Positions 46,755 through 60,316 of a stretch of 64,000 nt of DNA are shown here, one piece after another (position 1 is the first letter of the stretch; each line of letters opens with the position of its first letter). The notes beneath the pieces were generated by a model. The model had not been told where the DNA came from, searched no databases, and saw only the letters and a list, made by a program, of their open reading frames with translations. The position numbers and the translations under genes are program-made. Source of the stretch: Antedon mediterranea (lineage: Eukaryota > Animalia > Echinodermata); the NCBI RefSeq assembly GCF_964355755.1, contig NC_092674.1:30318001-30382000 (forward strand), read 5' to 3'.

Positions 46755-47545
46755 ATCTTCGTCATTCATTTATATCTTCGCCTCGACTATTCCAACTAAG
46801 AACATGTAGACATATGTTTGCTGATCAGTCATTCTCTTGCACAGCTCCATCCTTATGGAATACTCTTCCACAATCAATCAAGAACGCCAAAGCATTACCT
46901 ACATTGAAAGCAAATGAATCCAGCCAGACAACCAACGATAAGATAGGATAAGAAATTTCAAGAGAAATAAGAAATTCCTAAGGAAAACAAACAATATATT
47001 CAGACAAATAACACCAGAACACGGAATAATATATGTGGTCAGATCTTGTTTCATTACATTGGCTGCTGGTTAAACAACGCATAGAATTCAAGATCCTCAC
47101 GCCTACCTACAAAGCCATCCATAAACAATCACCGCAATATTTTTCATCGCTCGTCTCCTTCCAGAACACTCACAGAAATCTTTGTCTATATCTTTCTTAG
47201 CCTCGACTATTCCAACCAAGAACATACGTTTGCTGATCAGTCATTCTCTTGCACAGCTCCATCCACAATCAATCAAGAACGCCAAAGTATTACCTACATT
47301 GCAAGCAAATGAATCCAGCCAGACAACCAACGATAAGAAAGCGGAAATGTTATCAGGAGAAATATAAGGTTCCTAAGGAAAACAAAAGAAATATTCAGAC
47401 AATAAACACCAGAAATTGACTTTGATGAGCCAGAAGAACAACAATGCATCATAGACACAATGGAAACAGAGCTAACGAAACTGCAATGACAAGATCAGGA
47501 AGAGCAGTAAACAAGTCACAATATTTAAAAGACTATGTCGCATAT
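46755..47545 (+). mobile_element. Decayed L2/CR1-clade LINE 3' fragments plus a Gypsy-like pol tail (duplicated at ~61350-62190)
   Basis: Remnant peptides LHWLLVKQRIEFKILTPTYKAIH and SFSCTAPSLWNTLPQSIKNA resemble the L2/CR1 ORF2 C-terminus. TRSGRAVNKSQYLKDYV resembles an LTR-element pol tail. Confidence 0.65.
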
Positions 47546-48019
47546 GTGGTATAACCCAATGTGCATGACCAGTATGGTTGCAATCAGAAAGACATTTAAA
47601 CAACTAATTTCATTCTCTTTTCTTACAAGTTTACTTAATATACCTTATTTTAATAAGTCACACAGCTATCACTATCAGGCATTTAAGCAAAATACGATTA
47701 TCAGATGTATATGAGACACTTCATTAACACTACTGTTCATAATCCACGGGCTTAGCGTTTTATATTTTGTTGGGGTAGGGATAATGTCAACAGCCCAGTA
47801 ATTAAAACACTAACCAATATAATCTTGGTATCATTGTGTAGCATTATCTTATGTTTTGTAATCATATAAAATTTTAATTCGGAACAATTATTAAAGGTCA
47901 AAGGTCATTTACCTGTTGGTGTTGCACAAATTCACATTTTATCTAATAATATAGATACATTTTAATATCGCATCTCTAAATTTTGATATAAATCGATTTA
48001 AATAAACATAAATAAATAA

Positions 48020-49414
48020 ACTAGATTTAATTCGTCACTATGATTATATGCATTGATTTAAATAAAAATAATTGATTTTTAAAAAGATATATTGATTGAT
48101 TGATTTTCACAGAATCTTTAATTATTTTAATATATCATAGGATCTTGCTAACGGGAATACAATGGCCGGTATCACAATCTGATCGAAGATCCCTCTGCGT
48201 ATAATGTCATAAACCACATTGTTACATAAGTAATAAAGACATTACTTACTTTTTATATAGATTTCATTATAAATTATGTGTATAATCTATACACTAAAAA
48301 ATAAAATTGAACAAACCATACTGATAATAAAAAAAAAATCTTATTTCGTTTCCCAAGGTGAGACTCGAACTCGGTACCTTGAGTGCCATAGACACGAGCA
48401 CAGACCACTGAGCCATACACAACTGACTAAAACTTGTAGAAAGATTCCTCCGTGTATCTACTATGCAGTAACCACTTTGGTGCAAATAGATTATTACATA
48501 CCGCAATGAATTATAATTTTTTACCATGATGACATCTTTAAAAATGCAAAAAAAAATGATGCACTGTCAAACTATGAACTTTTGAAGGAAGAAAGTTATT
48601 AATGTTAAGTTTGTTATTTTGGCCTAAGACAATGTCATAATTTGTTTGATTGTCGGAATTAATTTTTTTAAATTTAATATGCAATTAATGATGACTTAAT
48701 CAACGTTTGTTCTCTTAATTTCATAATAAATCATATGATACATGCACTTCAAGAAAATGAAATAAAAAATAGGTGTTCCCGAGCATTCTAACGATATATA
48801 TTAATTTTAAAATTTAGCATATTTTCACCATTTTGTTAACTTACACGTGCGTAGACTGTCACTTTAGACGTGCTCGTATAACGATGTTTCGCGTTGAAAA
48901 GTGAATAAAATATGATGATATTATTAAAGAAAGGTTATACAACAGTAATCGGACAAAAAAAGTGCGCACTCATGGTAATTTTTTAAACGCTTAAAATTGC
49001 CTGAAACGTACTCTAATTTCATCGAAAATAAATTCGGACAATTTTGAAAATTTTAAGCACGCGTACGCATGCGTTATATGCGCTACGCACGTAATTGTAT
49101 CGCCATATGATGAAATATGACCGGAAATTTATGAGTACCAAATTTTGTTTAAAAATGATTCATGCTTGTGAAGATATGATTACAACGTGATTTCATTAAA
49201 TCGCGCGTAGACCAGGTAATGTTTGATTGCGCACCGTGAAAACATAACCACATCGATTCCTGGCCATAAGGAATATACTCTGAAAAATTGACTTAGCTAG
49301 ATGAAACTGATATCAAGATAATTCACGGACAAAATAGTGCTAAGGAAAGAATAAATAAATAAATAAAGATTTTGACAGAATCAAGAGGTTATATGCATGA
49401 TAATGCATATAATC
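48020..49414 (+). mobile_element. ~1.4-kb HINE-like element distantly related to the 682-6959 family
   Basis: 5' ACTAGATTTAATTCGTCACTATGATTATATGCAT and 3' hairpin TTATATGCAT-GATA-ATGCATATAA. The internal motif TTTTGAAAATTTTAAGCACGCGTACGCATGCG resembles the left-array body. The element is absent from the paralogous flanks at ~62690 and ~57525. Confidence 0.65.
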
Positions 49415-49613
49415 ATTAATGTAGGCTTATTGATGGAAATTCTTCTGTTAATTTAAACGGCCTAGGTCTAAAGTGAATATTTTATTGCCAAGGAATCATT
49501 AATTAGTAATTATCTGTATATTATTCTTCGCAAGGTAAGGTGAATGCAACGCCTAACTAGGCAGGCTTATTACATAAAGGAGGCCTAGCTACACCCGACC
49601 CAGCAGTTACATT

Positions 49614-51874
49614 GGGTGCTGGTCAACCCGTACCCAAACCAACCCTACCCATGCCAACTCGTACCCAACTTGGCTAACCCGTACCCAAATAATTGGTCAA
49701 CTCGTACCCACTTTGGCTAACCCGTACCCAAACCAACCCGTACCCATGCCAACTCGTACCTAAATATTTGGCTTACTCGTACCCAAGTATTTGGCTTACT
49801 CGTACCCATTATTTGGCCTACTCGTACCCATTTTTGGCTTACTCGTACCCATTATTTGGCCTACTCGTACCCAATTTGAATAATTACTTGTAATGATTTG
49901 ATCGCAAAACTAGTGGTATGCTTTTGCCGTATGAATATTTTTATATTTAAATTTTTATTTTATTTTACAGGTCTCGGTGAAATGTGTGCTAATAAAAATG
50001 ACCATTGATTTGATTGTATGCTTCGTTTAATTAGGCATATATTTGTTAACATTTATTTAATAGTATTATAGTTTTATAAACGTATGTTTGATGTGTCTTT
50101 TTTATTTACGTAAGAGAACATTAATTAATAAAAAAATATTTTAACTGTTGTATAGTATTACAATTCTTAATTAAGCCCAGTAAAGTAGGTCTACCAACAA
50201 CGTATAATTTTTATACTTATCAATTTTTATCACCTAATTATCTTCCCTGATTAGATTCGATCAAGTAATTATTATTTCTATTGTATTGGTAATTTAAAAT
50301 TGGTTGAATTAACAACGTCCTGTTTTAAGCAAAAACCCCACGGGGCTATGGGGTCAAATTACTCGTAGATTTCGTGTTACGTGTTTTTGCTGACCGGGAT
50401 TAACCTTTTATTATTAAAAAACACGCATTTATAGGGTATCAAAGAGACGACTCAGTAATGACGTATGATCGTTTTCCATATATTGTATTTATTAATAATT
50501 CAGTGAAATGATCATATCGGGGATCATAATACACGTACTGTAAGGCATGCAGGGCTATGGGGTCGAATTACTCGTAGATTTCGTGTTACGTGTTTTTGCT
50601 GACCGGGATTAACCTTTTATTATAAAAAAAACACGCATTTATAGGGCGTCAAAGAGACGACTCAGCAATGACGTATGATCGTTTTCCATATATTTTATTT
50701 ATTAATAATTCAGTGAAATGATCATATACACGTACTGTAAGGCAATTAAACATTTTGGCAGATTTTCTTCTATAACAGCTACGTGTTTTTGCTGACTGGG
50801 GATTCCTCTTTTATATTAAAAAAACGCATTTGTAGTGCGTCAAAAAATAGACAACGCAATGTGGCGTATGATCGTTTCCTATTTATTTTTTTTCTAAATA
50901 ATTCAGTAAAATGATCTGTTTGTTTACATTTTTGGTAGATGTTTCCGCAATAACAGGCCAGCTACGTGTTTTTGCTGACGAGGGATTCCCTTAAAAAAAA
51001 AAAAAACCCTTTCTATAATGTGTCAAATAAGACAAATCTACGGCCGTATGTCGTATTATTTACTAAAATAATATAAACGTTCTGAAAGCCTACCTACACG
51101 TGTCTGAGTATACTTAGGCCTACGTATCTGTCAGCGATAAGATGATTTTTTTAAATAGTTTTAGTAGTATGTATTTTGTTTTTTTAGTCATAATAATACA
51201 GTAATAATCATTATAAAATGAAAACGTAATAACAGCAAATGTCGTCGTTTGTAATTAAATGTTAAATTATTGGAGGTTACCTTTTATTATTATTCTCACA
51301 TCCGTCATTGTATACTAGATAAACGACAAAAATATAATCTACTACTAAATGCTCATACCAGCAATGAGGCTGGTATCCACTTAAATAGTTTCGTGATTTA
51401 AAATACGAGTGACTACTTAAAAATGTATTAGATATTTTCGAAATGTTAAAACAGTTTAATATTTTCCAAAACTTGCAAAACAAAACAACAAAAACCATTC
51501 GTTTTAAAACGATTTTCAAAAAGCACATTAGGCCTACTTCATTATCTGTAAAATAAAATGAAAATACAAATTATGTATAAGATATTCATGTTTACTCTTA
51601 ATAATTCAAGTTTTCATCATCACAGACTAGTGGGTATTTCAATTTCCGTGTACAGGCTATTCATAGTAAATAATAGATTAATAACTATTCATAAATAAAA
51701 AAAAATAGAATGCAGCACAGCCGACCACTGACATCTTCCATGTAAAACAGCGCCCTCAAGTATTAACTTGACCAAATACGACGTACCCAAATACGATGAA
51801 AGCTGTGCTTTTTTCGTACGAGTCAAAACAAAATTTGGGTACGAGTTGGCATGGGTACGGGTTGACCTGTATTC
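49614..51874. mobile_element. 2.26-kb non-autonomous DNA transposon with 8-bp TSD and subterminal repeats
   Basis: TSD GTTACATT at 49606-49613 and 51875-51882. Termini carry GGTCAACCCGTACCC / GGGTACGGGTTGACC with CTCGTACCCA arrays, and there are internal ~200-bp repeats at 50340-51000. The empty site is at ~57720. Confidence 0.88.
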
Positions 51875-51920
51875 GTTACATTCACTGGGAATACATAGGT
51901 GAAATTTGTTGGGAGTATAA

Positions 51921-52549
51921 AGGCCAATTTACACAGACGAGCGGTAACGGTAAGCGGTAATTGTAAGCGAAAAACCGCGTGGCTTTTCCCATTTACACAG
52001 CGCGCGGAGTTCGTGAACGGAGTGGTGGAAAGTAGGTGCGTGTAGGCCTCGAGGCTAATGCATGTTACAGTCACTGCTGGCCTGGATGTGACTGCATGAC
52101 TGTCAGTAGGCCTAGCACACACAGGCCTAAGTTTTAGAGGGAATTGTTGCCTAATAACGTACTAAAATGTGTATTTTCTTTTCACTGTCTTTATACGAAC
52201 ATTAGTCACGTCGTAGGTGTTTGTATTTCTGAATAAAAAGAAGTTGCAAACTAGGCTAGGCCTACTACGGCACTCGTATTTATTGTCGTCTTTCACTCGA
52301 CGGACGCAAAAAAAAGTTGTTGATAGATGACGTCATTTCAATCATGTCGTTGGTTGGCCAGAATCCATAATTACCGCGCGGTATTTTCACAAAATTGAAT
52401 CTGTTTCGATCCTGAGCGGATTTCCGCTCAACCGGTCGTCCGCTCCGCGTTCTGTGTAAATGGTCATAAGAAATAACATAGATTCTATTTTTGCGTTTTC
52501 CGCTCAACTTTACCGCTTAACGTTACCGCTCGCCTGCGTAAATTGGCCT
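51921..52549. mobile_element. PIF/Harbinger-like MITE (partial copy at ~43505-43770)
   Basis: TIRs AGGCCAATTTACACAGACGAGCGGTAACGG... / ...CGTTACCGCTCGCCTGCGTAAATTGGCCT, with TAA/TTA flanks. Confidence 0.8.
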
Positions 52550-54793
52550 TTAGTGAAAGTGATGAGTCTGTCTATTGGTAACAATTTAATTCAGGTGTAA
52601 TGTGTTAACTACTTCTTCTATTTGAATGGCAAATAGTTCCGTTTGCTTTATTTTATTTTGTATCTACATTGAGATCCAATCACTGATACCCACACCATTG
52701 TCACTTGTTTCAGTAATTTGCCTTTGGATTTATATATATTAAAATAAACTTGAAATCTATGATGCTTTCAACTTTAAAAAATTCTATCCACAATATATGA
52801 CCTTTTTTCTTTACCGTACTTTCAATATATATCTTAGTGTACCTATTCTTAATGTAAATTAGTTGATACTTGTTGATTGACTATACTGGGCCTCTTTTGA
52901 AATCAATGCTTTCACACTGAAAAGTATCATTCAATATAAATATTGTGTTACACAAAAACCTAATGAATTCATGCAGTAGAAAACAAACAAGATTCCTCAA
53001 TGATTATTTAAATATCAGAATATTCCATTCACAAGAATTAGTCAAGAATGACATCAAAATAGATGTAAAGGGTCATGATCAAAGGTATCCTTTCATCGAA
53101 TCAACCATCAACATTATATTATTATTCTTTCTTTACTTCTATTCATAAACATTAAAAAACATAAACATGCATAAATAAGTATAATAAATACAAAAAGAAA
53201 CAAAAGAATGGAAAGGAAAAATCTCCCTGTTACAAAAAAAAATATACTGGTATATATATTTGAAAATTTGAAAAAGGCACAAGGGAATGGAAATAATTTC
53301 TACCTAGCTGAAATGTGAAACTCATGTTTGTTATTATTTATTGTTGTTATTATTCAGTCAAAGACTGGTCTCCCAGATGGCTCAGTTATGATCAGTGGCT
53401 GTGTGTGTACAGAGGTAACCCTACTCAAAAGATGTACTAGGTTCTTTAAGGTGCATATGAGCTAGATGTGTACAGTGGACATACTGTACATTTTAAAGTC
53501 CTTATCCGAGAAGACTTGTTCTACCACCAGAACCATGGAGCGAGTGAGCCTCGAACCCCTGCCAATGTTATTTCTACGTTATTACAGTTCCACTGTGTTA
53601 ACCGCTCGGCCATGACCAATACCTATTTCCGGAATTGAAATTGTAAGGGACAATTCAAGCTGAATAGTGATGAAATACAGTAATATTTTTCATGAACGTT
53701 CGTTTGACGTAGTATGACTCAATTCACGTGATCAAAGGCACTGGTTTAGAAGAACAGCTGTGTAGAATAACAATTTTCTAGCCAACGAAAGGAGACTCTC
53801 CAACGGTTAGTGTTAATTTATTATCAGATTGTAGTTAGTTACTTAAGAATTTCTTAAATACAGTATTTTCAATATGAAAAATAACTTTATTTAAGAATTA
53901 TAGTTACTGTAGTTGAAATCTCAAACTTCTGTACTAAGTCAGCATGGTTCTTCACATGTAGTAAATGCATTTGTAACTAGCCTAGGCCTAGCTTATAATT
54001 AGTCTCTGGGTTACACAACAGTACACCAGTATGTTATTATAGTACAATTCTTATTTCGGATGTTATATAATTCTCATACATAGTGTATGACACAGCAAAA
54101 TAGATTACTTTATTACTATTTTAACATAAGTTAAACTTTTTACGGTAGGGTTTAGTTGCTTATAGTACTCAATGACATCTTTGATGAAAACTACCACAGG
54201 CTAGATCCTAATAAATACCACCTATATCACTCATCAGATCTAATGTATAAAATGAGAAGAGATTCACTCTGAAAAATGATGTGTACTATTAGTTAATCTA
54301 TATAACTATAATGCTTAAAATGGACCAAAAATGGATTTTCAATTTTTTTCATTTTAGAATGATGTTTTGGGGGCTATATTAGGTGTTGCTAGAATGTATA
54401 TGTTACAAAATATAAATTCGCCCTTTTGGGGAAAGCCCCATTTAAAAATAAAAAAAATTCACGGTTGACGTCACTTTGCGAATATATTCCTATCCCTCTA
54501 ATGGACAATTTGCAGTTTTTTGGCTATAACTCTTAAAATCTATAACCCAGTACCGTTTTGATACGATCAATCGGGAAATTACCTCACGACAACAATATTG
54601 TGTTTATTTCGTACCCATTGTACATATTCATACAAAACCATAATACAGTACATAAAATAAAGGATACCCTGAAGTAGAAAACATGACTACTATCATTACT
54701 ATCATTATCATTATACATCACCGTCGTCACCATCACCGTCGTCATTATCATCATTATTTATTATTAGGTCAAGATATTGGTGAAGTATTAAAA

Positions 54794-56555
54794 ATGTTAA
54801 AACTATTTGAAGAGACAATTATGGTAGCAAAGAAAAAATTTACCAGTCTAAAACGCAAAAGTAAGTATAATTTATGTTTCGTCTTTTGTAAGTATTTTAA
54901 CTTATTGCATCTGTTAATGAGATTTACTTATTATTGAAATACTGACAATATTGTGTTTATTTCGTACCCATTGTACATATTCATACAAAACCATAATACA
55001 GTACATAAATAAAGGATTCCCTGAAGTAGAAAACATGACTACTATCATTACTATCATTATCATTATACATTACCATCCTTACTATCTTCATTATCATCAC
55101 TATCACTACCAACTATCATTTATTATTAGGTCAAGATATTGGTGAAGTAGATGATGATCTTTTTCGATGTATCTTATACGAATATAATATTAAACACAAT
55201 TTAAAACAAGAAAGTTTACAAGATATACATTTTTATTCTGGTAAGTTTAAGTGAAATATAATAATAAAATAGAGATGATTGAAGAGGCAAAATGGATGCA
55301 TTACATAAAAAAAATTACTTTATTACTGTTTACTAAGATTACTTATTATTAAGATGCTGACAAAATTGTGTTTATTATTATTATTTATCGCTATTCGCCA
55401 TCGTTATCATTATCAATATTATTATCATCATTATTTATTATTAGGTCAAGATATTGGTGAAGTATTAAAAATGTTAAAACTATTTGAAGAGACAATTATG
55501 GTAGCAAAGAAAAAATTTACCAGTCTAAAACGCAAAAGTAAGTATAATTTATGTTTCGTCTTTTGTAAGTATTTTAACTTATTGCATCTGTTAATGAGAT
55601 TTACTTATTATTGAAATACTGACAATATTGTGTTTATTTCGTACCCATTGTACATATTCATACAAAACCATAATACAGTACATAAATAAAGGATTCCCTG
55701 AAGTAGAAAACATGACTATGCTATTTTCTATCATTACTATTATTATTAGGCAATATTTTTGATATTGGTGAAGTATCAACCATCTTTAAACTATTTGAAA
55801 TGAAGAATGATCTCATCAATTTTTCTGGTAAGTTTAAGTGAAAGATTTTAATAAAAATAGAGATGATTGCAGAGGCTCTAAAATGGATGTATTACATAAA
55901 AAAGAAATTGCTTGAGGTTTACTAAGATTAATTATTATTACTAGATGGTACGCTAGCCATCTAGGTCGTGCCCACAGATGGTTCTCCAACTGGCTATTTC
56001 AAATGTACGTACCACAGGACTATAATACATTGTCGTTTACAGAAACGAATAAATAGACAATGATTTATGTACTCAACTGAAATTAGCACCCTGGGAAAAG
56101 AATTACTTTTGAAAAAGAAACTTCTCACAAAATGAGTCCAAATGTTTGAGTCAAATTTAAACAAACCCAATGTGTGTAACATTAGGGTTGAGAGATGGAG
56201 AAGAGGATGGGTGCAAAGAGGAAAAATGTATTATGACCTTCAGACCATTCTCATCGCAAATGCCAAACTGTCTATAAATGTAAATGCACTGGACCAAAAC
56301 AATTTGTCTATTTTTTCGTAAAATATTTTTCATTATTTATAGAAATAACTCAGAACTTTCTTTTCTTTTTAATTCTTTCTCTTTATAGAAATGCTGTACA
56401 TCATTAAAAAACTCAACACCTCCAAGACAGGAAAAGGAAACATTAATACAGTTAAAACTGCAACAGAAAAAAACCACATTGTTATAATTATTTACCTGTA
56501 TATTGATGGTGTTCGCATCATTATTATTTTAAAATTTTTTTTTAATGTCTATTAA
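54794..56555 (+). CDS. Nested orphan gene copy 4, predicted 171 aa built from duplicated phase-1 exons
   Basis: Exons 54768-54860 (ATG 54794), 55130-55240, 55445-55537 and 55750-55827 (93/111/93/78 nt, all phase 1-1 and open) plus terminal exon 56389-56555 (EMLYIIKKLNTSKTGKGNINTVKTATEKNHIVIIIYLYIDGVRIIIILKFFFNVY*). Confidence 0.62.
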
Positions 56556-57765
56556 ACGTTTACGGTTTAATGGGCTTAGCATGTCTTTGTTTCTGGACTT
56601 ATGGAAGTTAACATCATGAATAACTGAGCAAAGTTTTGTATTTAATTGCTTAAAGTATGCTCTTAAAAAAATGCTTTTCTCTAGAGGATCCTCAGTTTAT
56701 TTAAACAAGATGTGGAATTAAATTTATTTTTTTTCAAATGTTGATCTATCTGTTTTTTTGTTGTCATCCAATTTCGTAACCCATCCGAATCCAACATTGT
56801 TAGTGCTATACATATTTGGTGTGGTTCTGTATGGTTCAATCTAGTCTATGTTCTAAACAGCGATTTTTGGCTTAATGTTGGTAAAAAGATAAACATTATA
56901 CCATATTTTTTTTTAAAAACATCCCATCCCATAGAACATCGTTTGGAATAAACACCTGCCACGCACACTGTATATACACAATATTGTATTATATTACATA
57001 GCCTATGTAAATACGTGAACGTGATTGGTTAAAATTGCATCACATGACTACCGCTGCGAGGATCGTTAATCGTATATATCCTCGAATACGATGAAATTGA
57101 CTGAGTAATTTTCGCGTAATTATCGTGTCCCTGTCATTAAACATATAAAATCCAGTAAATTCTCGAGTACGATGATATTGACTGTGTAATTTTCATGTGG
57201 CAACACTCGCGATTGGCGATAAATAAACAAAAGTCATCTACTGGGAATTGAACACTCGATGAATTGTCACTCCATCACAAGACAACGCTTCATCCGATGC
57301 ACCACGCAACTTGCTTGAAGAAATTAATCAACTAAACTATTTAAACTATGCATACATAGCAGCCTCATTTGTTATTAGTCCTCCCTAGATGTGATGAAAG
57401 ACCGTTTGTGATTGGTTAATACTCATGGTAGTAGTTAGTTACGCGCAACGCACTGAACATCTGGTGATTCGACTCCTCGAAAGAAGAATTATTATTTATT
57501 CGGCCTACCTGGTAATAATATCATTATTATTAATGTAGGCTTATTGATGGAAATTCTTCTGTTAATTTAAACGGCCTAGGTCTAAAGTGAATATTTTATT
57601 GCCAAGGAATCATTAATTAGTAATTATCTGTATATTATTCTTCGCAAGGTAAGGTGAATGCAACGCCTAACTAGGCAAGCTTATTACATAAAGGAGGCCT
57701 AGCTACACCCGACCCAGCAGTTACATTCACTGGGAATACATAGGTGAAATTTGTTGGGAGTATAA

Positions 57766-58394
57766 AGGCCAATTTACACAGACGAGCGGTAACGGTAAGC
57801 GGTAATTGTAAGCGAAAAACCGCGTGGCTTTTCCCATTTACACAGCGCGCGGAGTTCGTGAACGGAGTGGTGAAAAGTAGGTGCGTGTAGGCCTCGAGGC
57901 TAATGCATGTTACAGTCACTGCTGGCCTGGATGTGACTGCATGACTGTCAGTAGGCCTAGCACACACAGGCCTAAGTTTTAGAGGGAATTGTTGCCTAAT
58001 AACGTACTAAAATGTGTATTTTCTTTTCACTATCTTTATACGAACATTAGTCACGTCGTAGGTGTTTGTATTTCTGAATAAAAAGAAGTTGCAAACTAGG
58101 CTAGGCCTACTACGGCACTCGTATTTATTGTCGTCTTTCACTCGACGGACGCAAAAAAAAGTTGTTGATAGATGACATCATTTCAATCATGTCGTTGGTT
58201 GGCCAGAATCCATAATTACCGCGCGGTATTTTCACAAAATTGAATCTGTTTCGATCCTGAGCGGATTTCCGCTCAACCGGTCGTCCGCTCCGCGTTTTGT
58301 GTAAATGGTCATAAGAAATAACATAGATTCTATTTTTGCGTTTTCCGCTCAACTTTACCGCTTACCGTTACCGCTCGTCTGTGTAAATTGGCCT
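57766..58394. mobile_element. PIF/Harbinger-like MITE, duplicate of 51921-52549
   Basis: Same TIRs and the same flanking sequence, so it was copied with the cassette. Confidence 0.8.
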
Positions 58395-60316
58395 TTAGTG
58401 AAAGTGATGAGTCTGTCTATTGGTAACAATTTAATTCAGGTGTAATGTGTTAACTACTTCTTCTATTTGAATGGCAAATAGTTCCGTTTGCTTTATTTTA
58501 TTTTGTATCTACATTGAGATCCAATCACTGATACCCACACCATTGTCACTTGTTTCAGTAATTTGTCTTTGGATTTAGATATATTAAAATAAACTTGAAA
58601 TCTATGATGCTTTCAACTTTAAAAAATTCTATCCACAATATATGACCTCTTTTCTTTACCGTACTTTCAATATATATCTTAGTGTACCTATTCTTAATGT
58701 AAATTAGTTGATACTTGTTGATTGACTATACTGGGCCTCTTTTGAAATCAATGCTTTCGCACTGAAAAGTATCATTCAATATAAATATTGTGTTACACAA
58801 AAACCTCATGAATTCAAGCAGTAGAAAACAAACAAGATTCCACAATGATTATTTAAATATCAGAATATTCCATTCACAAGAATTAGTCAAGAATGACATC
58901 AAAATAGATGTAAAGGGTCATGATCAAAGGTATCCTTTCATGGAATCAACCATCAACATTATATTATTATTCTTTCTTTAATTCCATTCATAAACATTGA
59001 AAAACATAAACATGCATAAATAAGCATAATACAAAGAGAAATAAAAGAATGGAAAGGAAAAATCTCGGAAGCATAGCTTATACAAGTAGAAACCCCCCTG
59101 TTACAAAAAAAATATACCGGTATAAGTATTTGAAAATTTCTACCTAGCTGAAATCTGTGAAACTCATGTTTGTTATTATTTATACGGGGCTACCTCTTCT
59201 CTCCCAGAGGTCCCAGTTATGATCAGTGGCTGTGTGTGTACTAGTACACAGAGGTAACCCTACTCAAAAGATGTACTAGGTTCTTTAAGGTGCATATGAG
59301 CTAGATGTGTACAGTGGACATACTGTACATTTTATAGTCCTTATCCGAGAAGACTCGTACCACCAGAACCATGGAGCGAGTGAGCCTCGAACCCCTGCCA
59401 ATGTTATTTCTACGTTATTACAGTTCCACTGTGTTAACCGCTCGGCCATGACAAATACCTTTTTCGGAATTGAAATTGTAAGGGACAATTCAAGCTGAAT
59501 AGTGATGAAATACAGTAATATTTTTCATGAACGTTCGTTTGACTTATGACATAATCACGTGATCAAAGGGGACCAATCAGCACTGGTTCTCTACTCAGAA
59601 GCTGTATAGAAGAACAATTTTCTAGCCTAACGAAAGAAGACTCTCCAAGGGTAGGTGTTACTTTTATTATCAGATTGTAGTTAAGAGTTAGTTAGTTACA
59701 AAGAATTTCTTAAACAGTATTTTCAATATGTTTGTTGAAAATAACTTTATTTAATAATTATATAATTAGTTGAAATCCCAAACTTCTGTACTAAATAGTC
59801 AGTATGGTTCTTCACATGTAGTAAATGCATTTGTAACTAGCCTAGGCCTAGCTTATAATCAGTCTCTGGGCTACACAACAGTACACCAGTATGTTATTAT
59901 AGTACAATTCTTATTTCGGATGTTATATAATTCTCATACATAGTGTATGACACAGCAAAATAGATTACTTTATTACTATTTTAACATAAGTTAAACTTTT
60001 TACGGTAGGGTTTAGTTGCTTATAGTACAATGACTCATCAAAACTGACAATATAAAAGATTTCATCTTTGATTTAAACTACCACAGGCTAAGACCCAAAT
60101 AAATACCACCTATATCACTCATCAGATCTAATGTATAAAATGAGAAGAGATTTCACTCTGAAAAAATATGTGTACTAAAAGTTAATTTATATAAATTACA
60201 CTTAATTAAAACACTCTCTCATCATACGTTGGTCTTGATTCTTCATTCTGGTGGAAACATGTAGTGACCGCGCAGAGTAACTAAACCGTTTCATTTTTTA
60301 TTTTCTTGTAGCAATT

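Noticed and set aside
37540-58981. Recurrent MLHKNLMNS..., MSGKRKNR... and MCARPTDS... ORFs
   Set aside because: They use non-ATG starts, have variable ends, and lie in duplicated flank or MITE sequence. Recurrence reflects DNA duplication.
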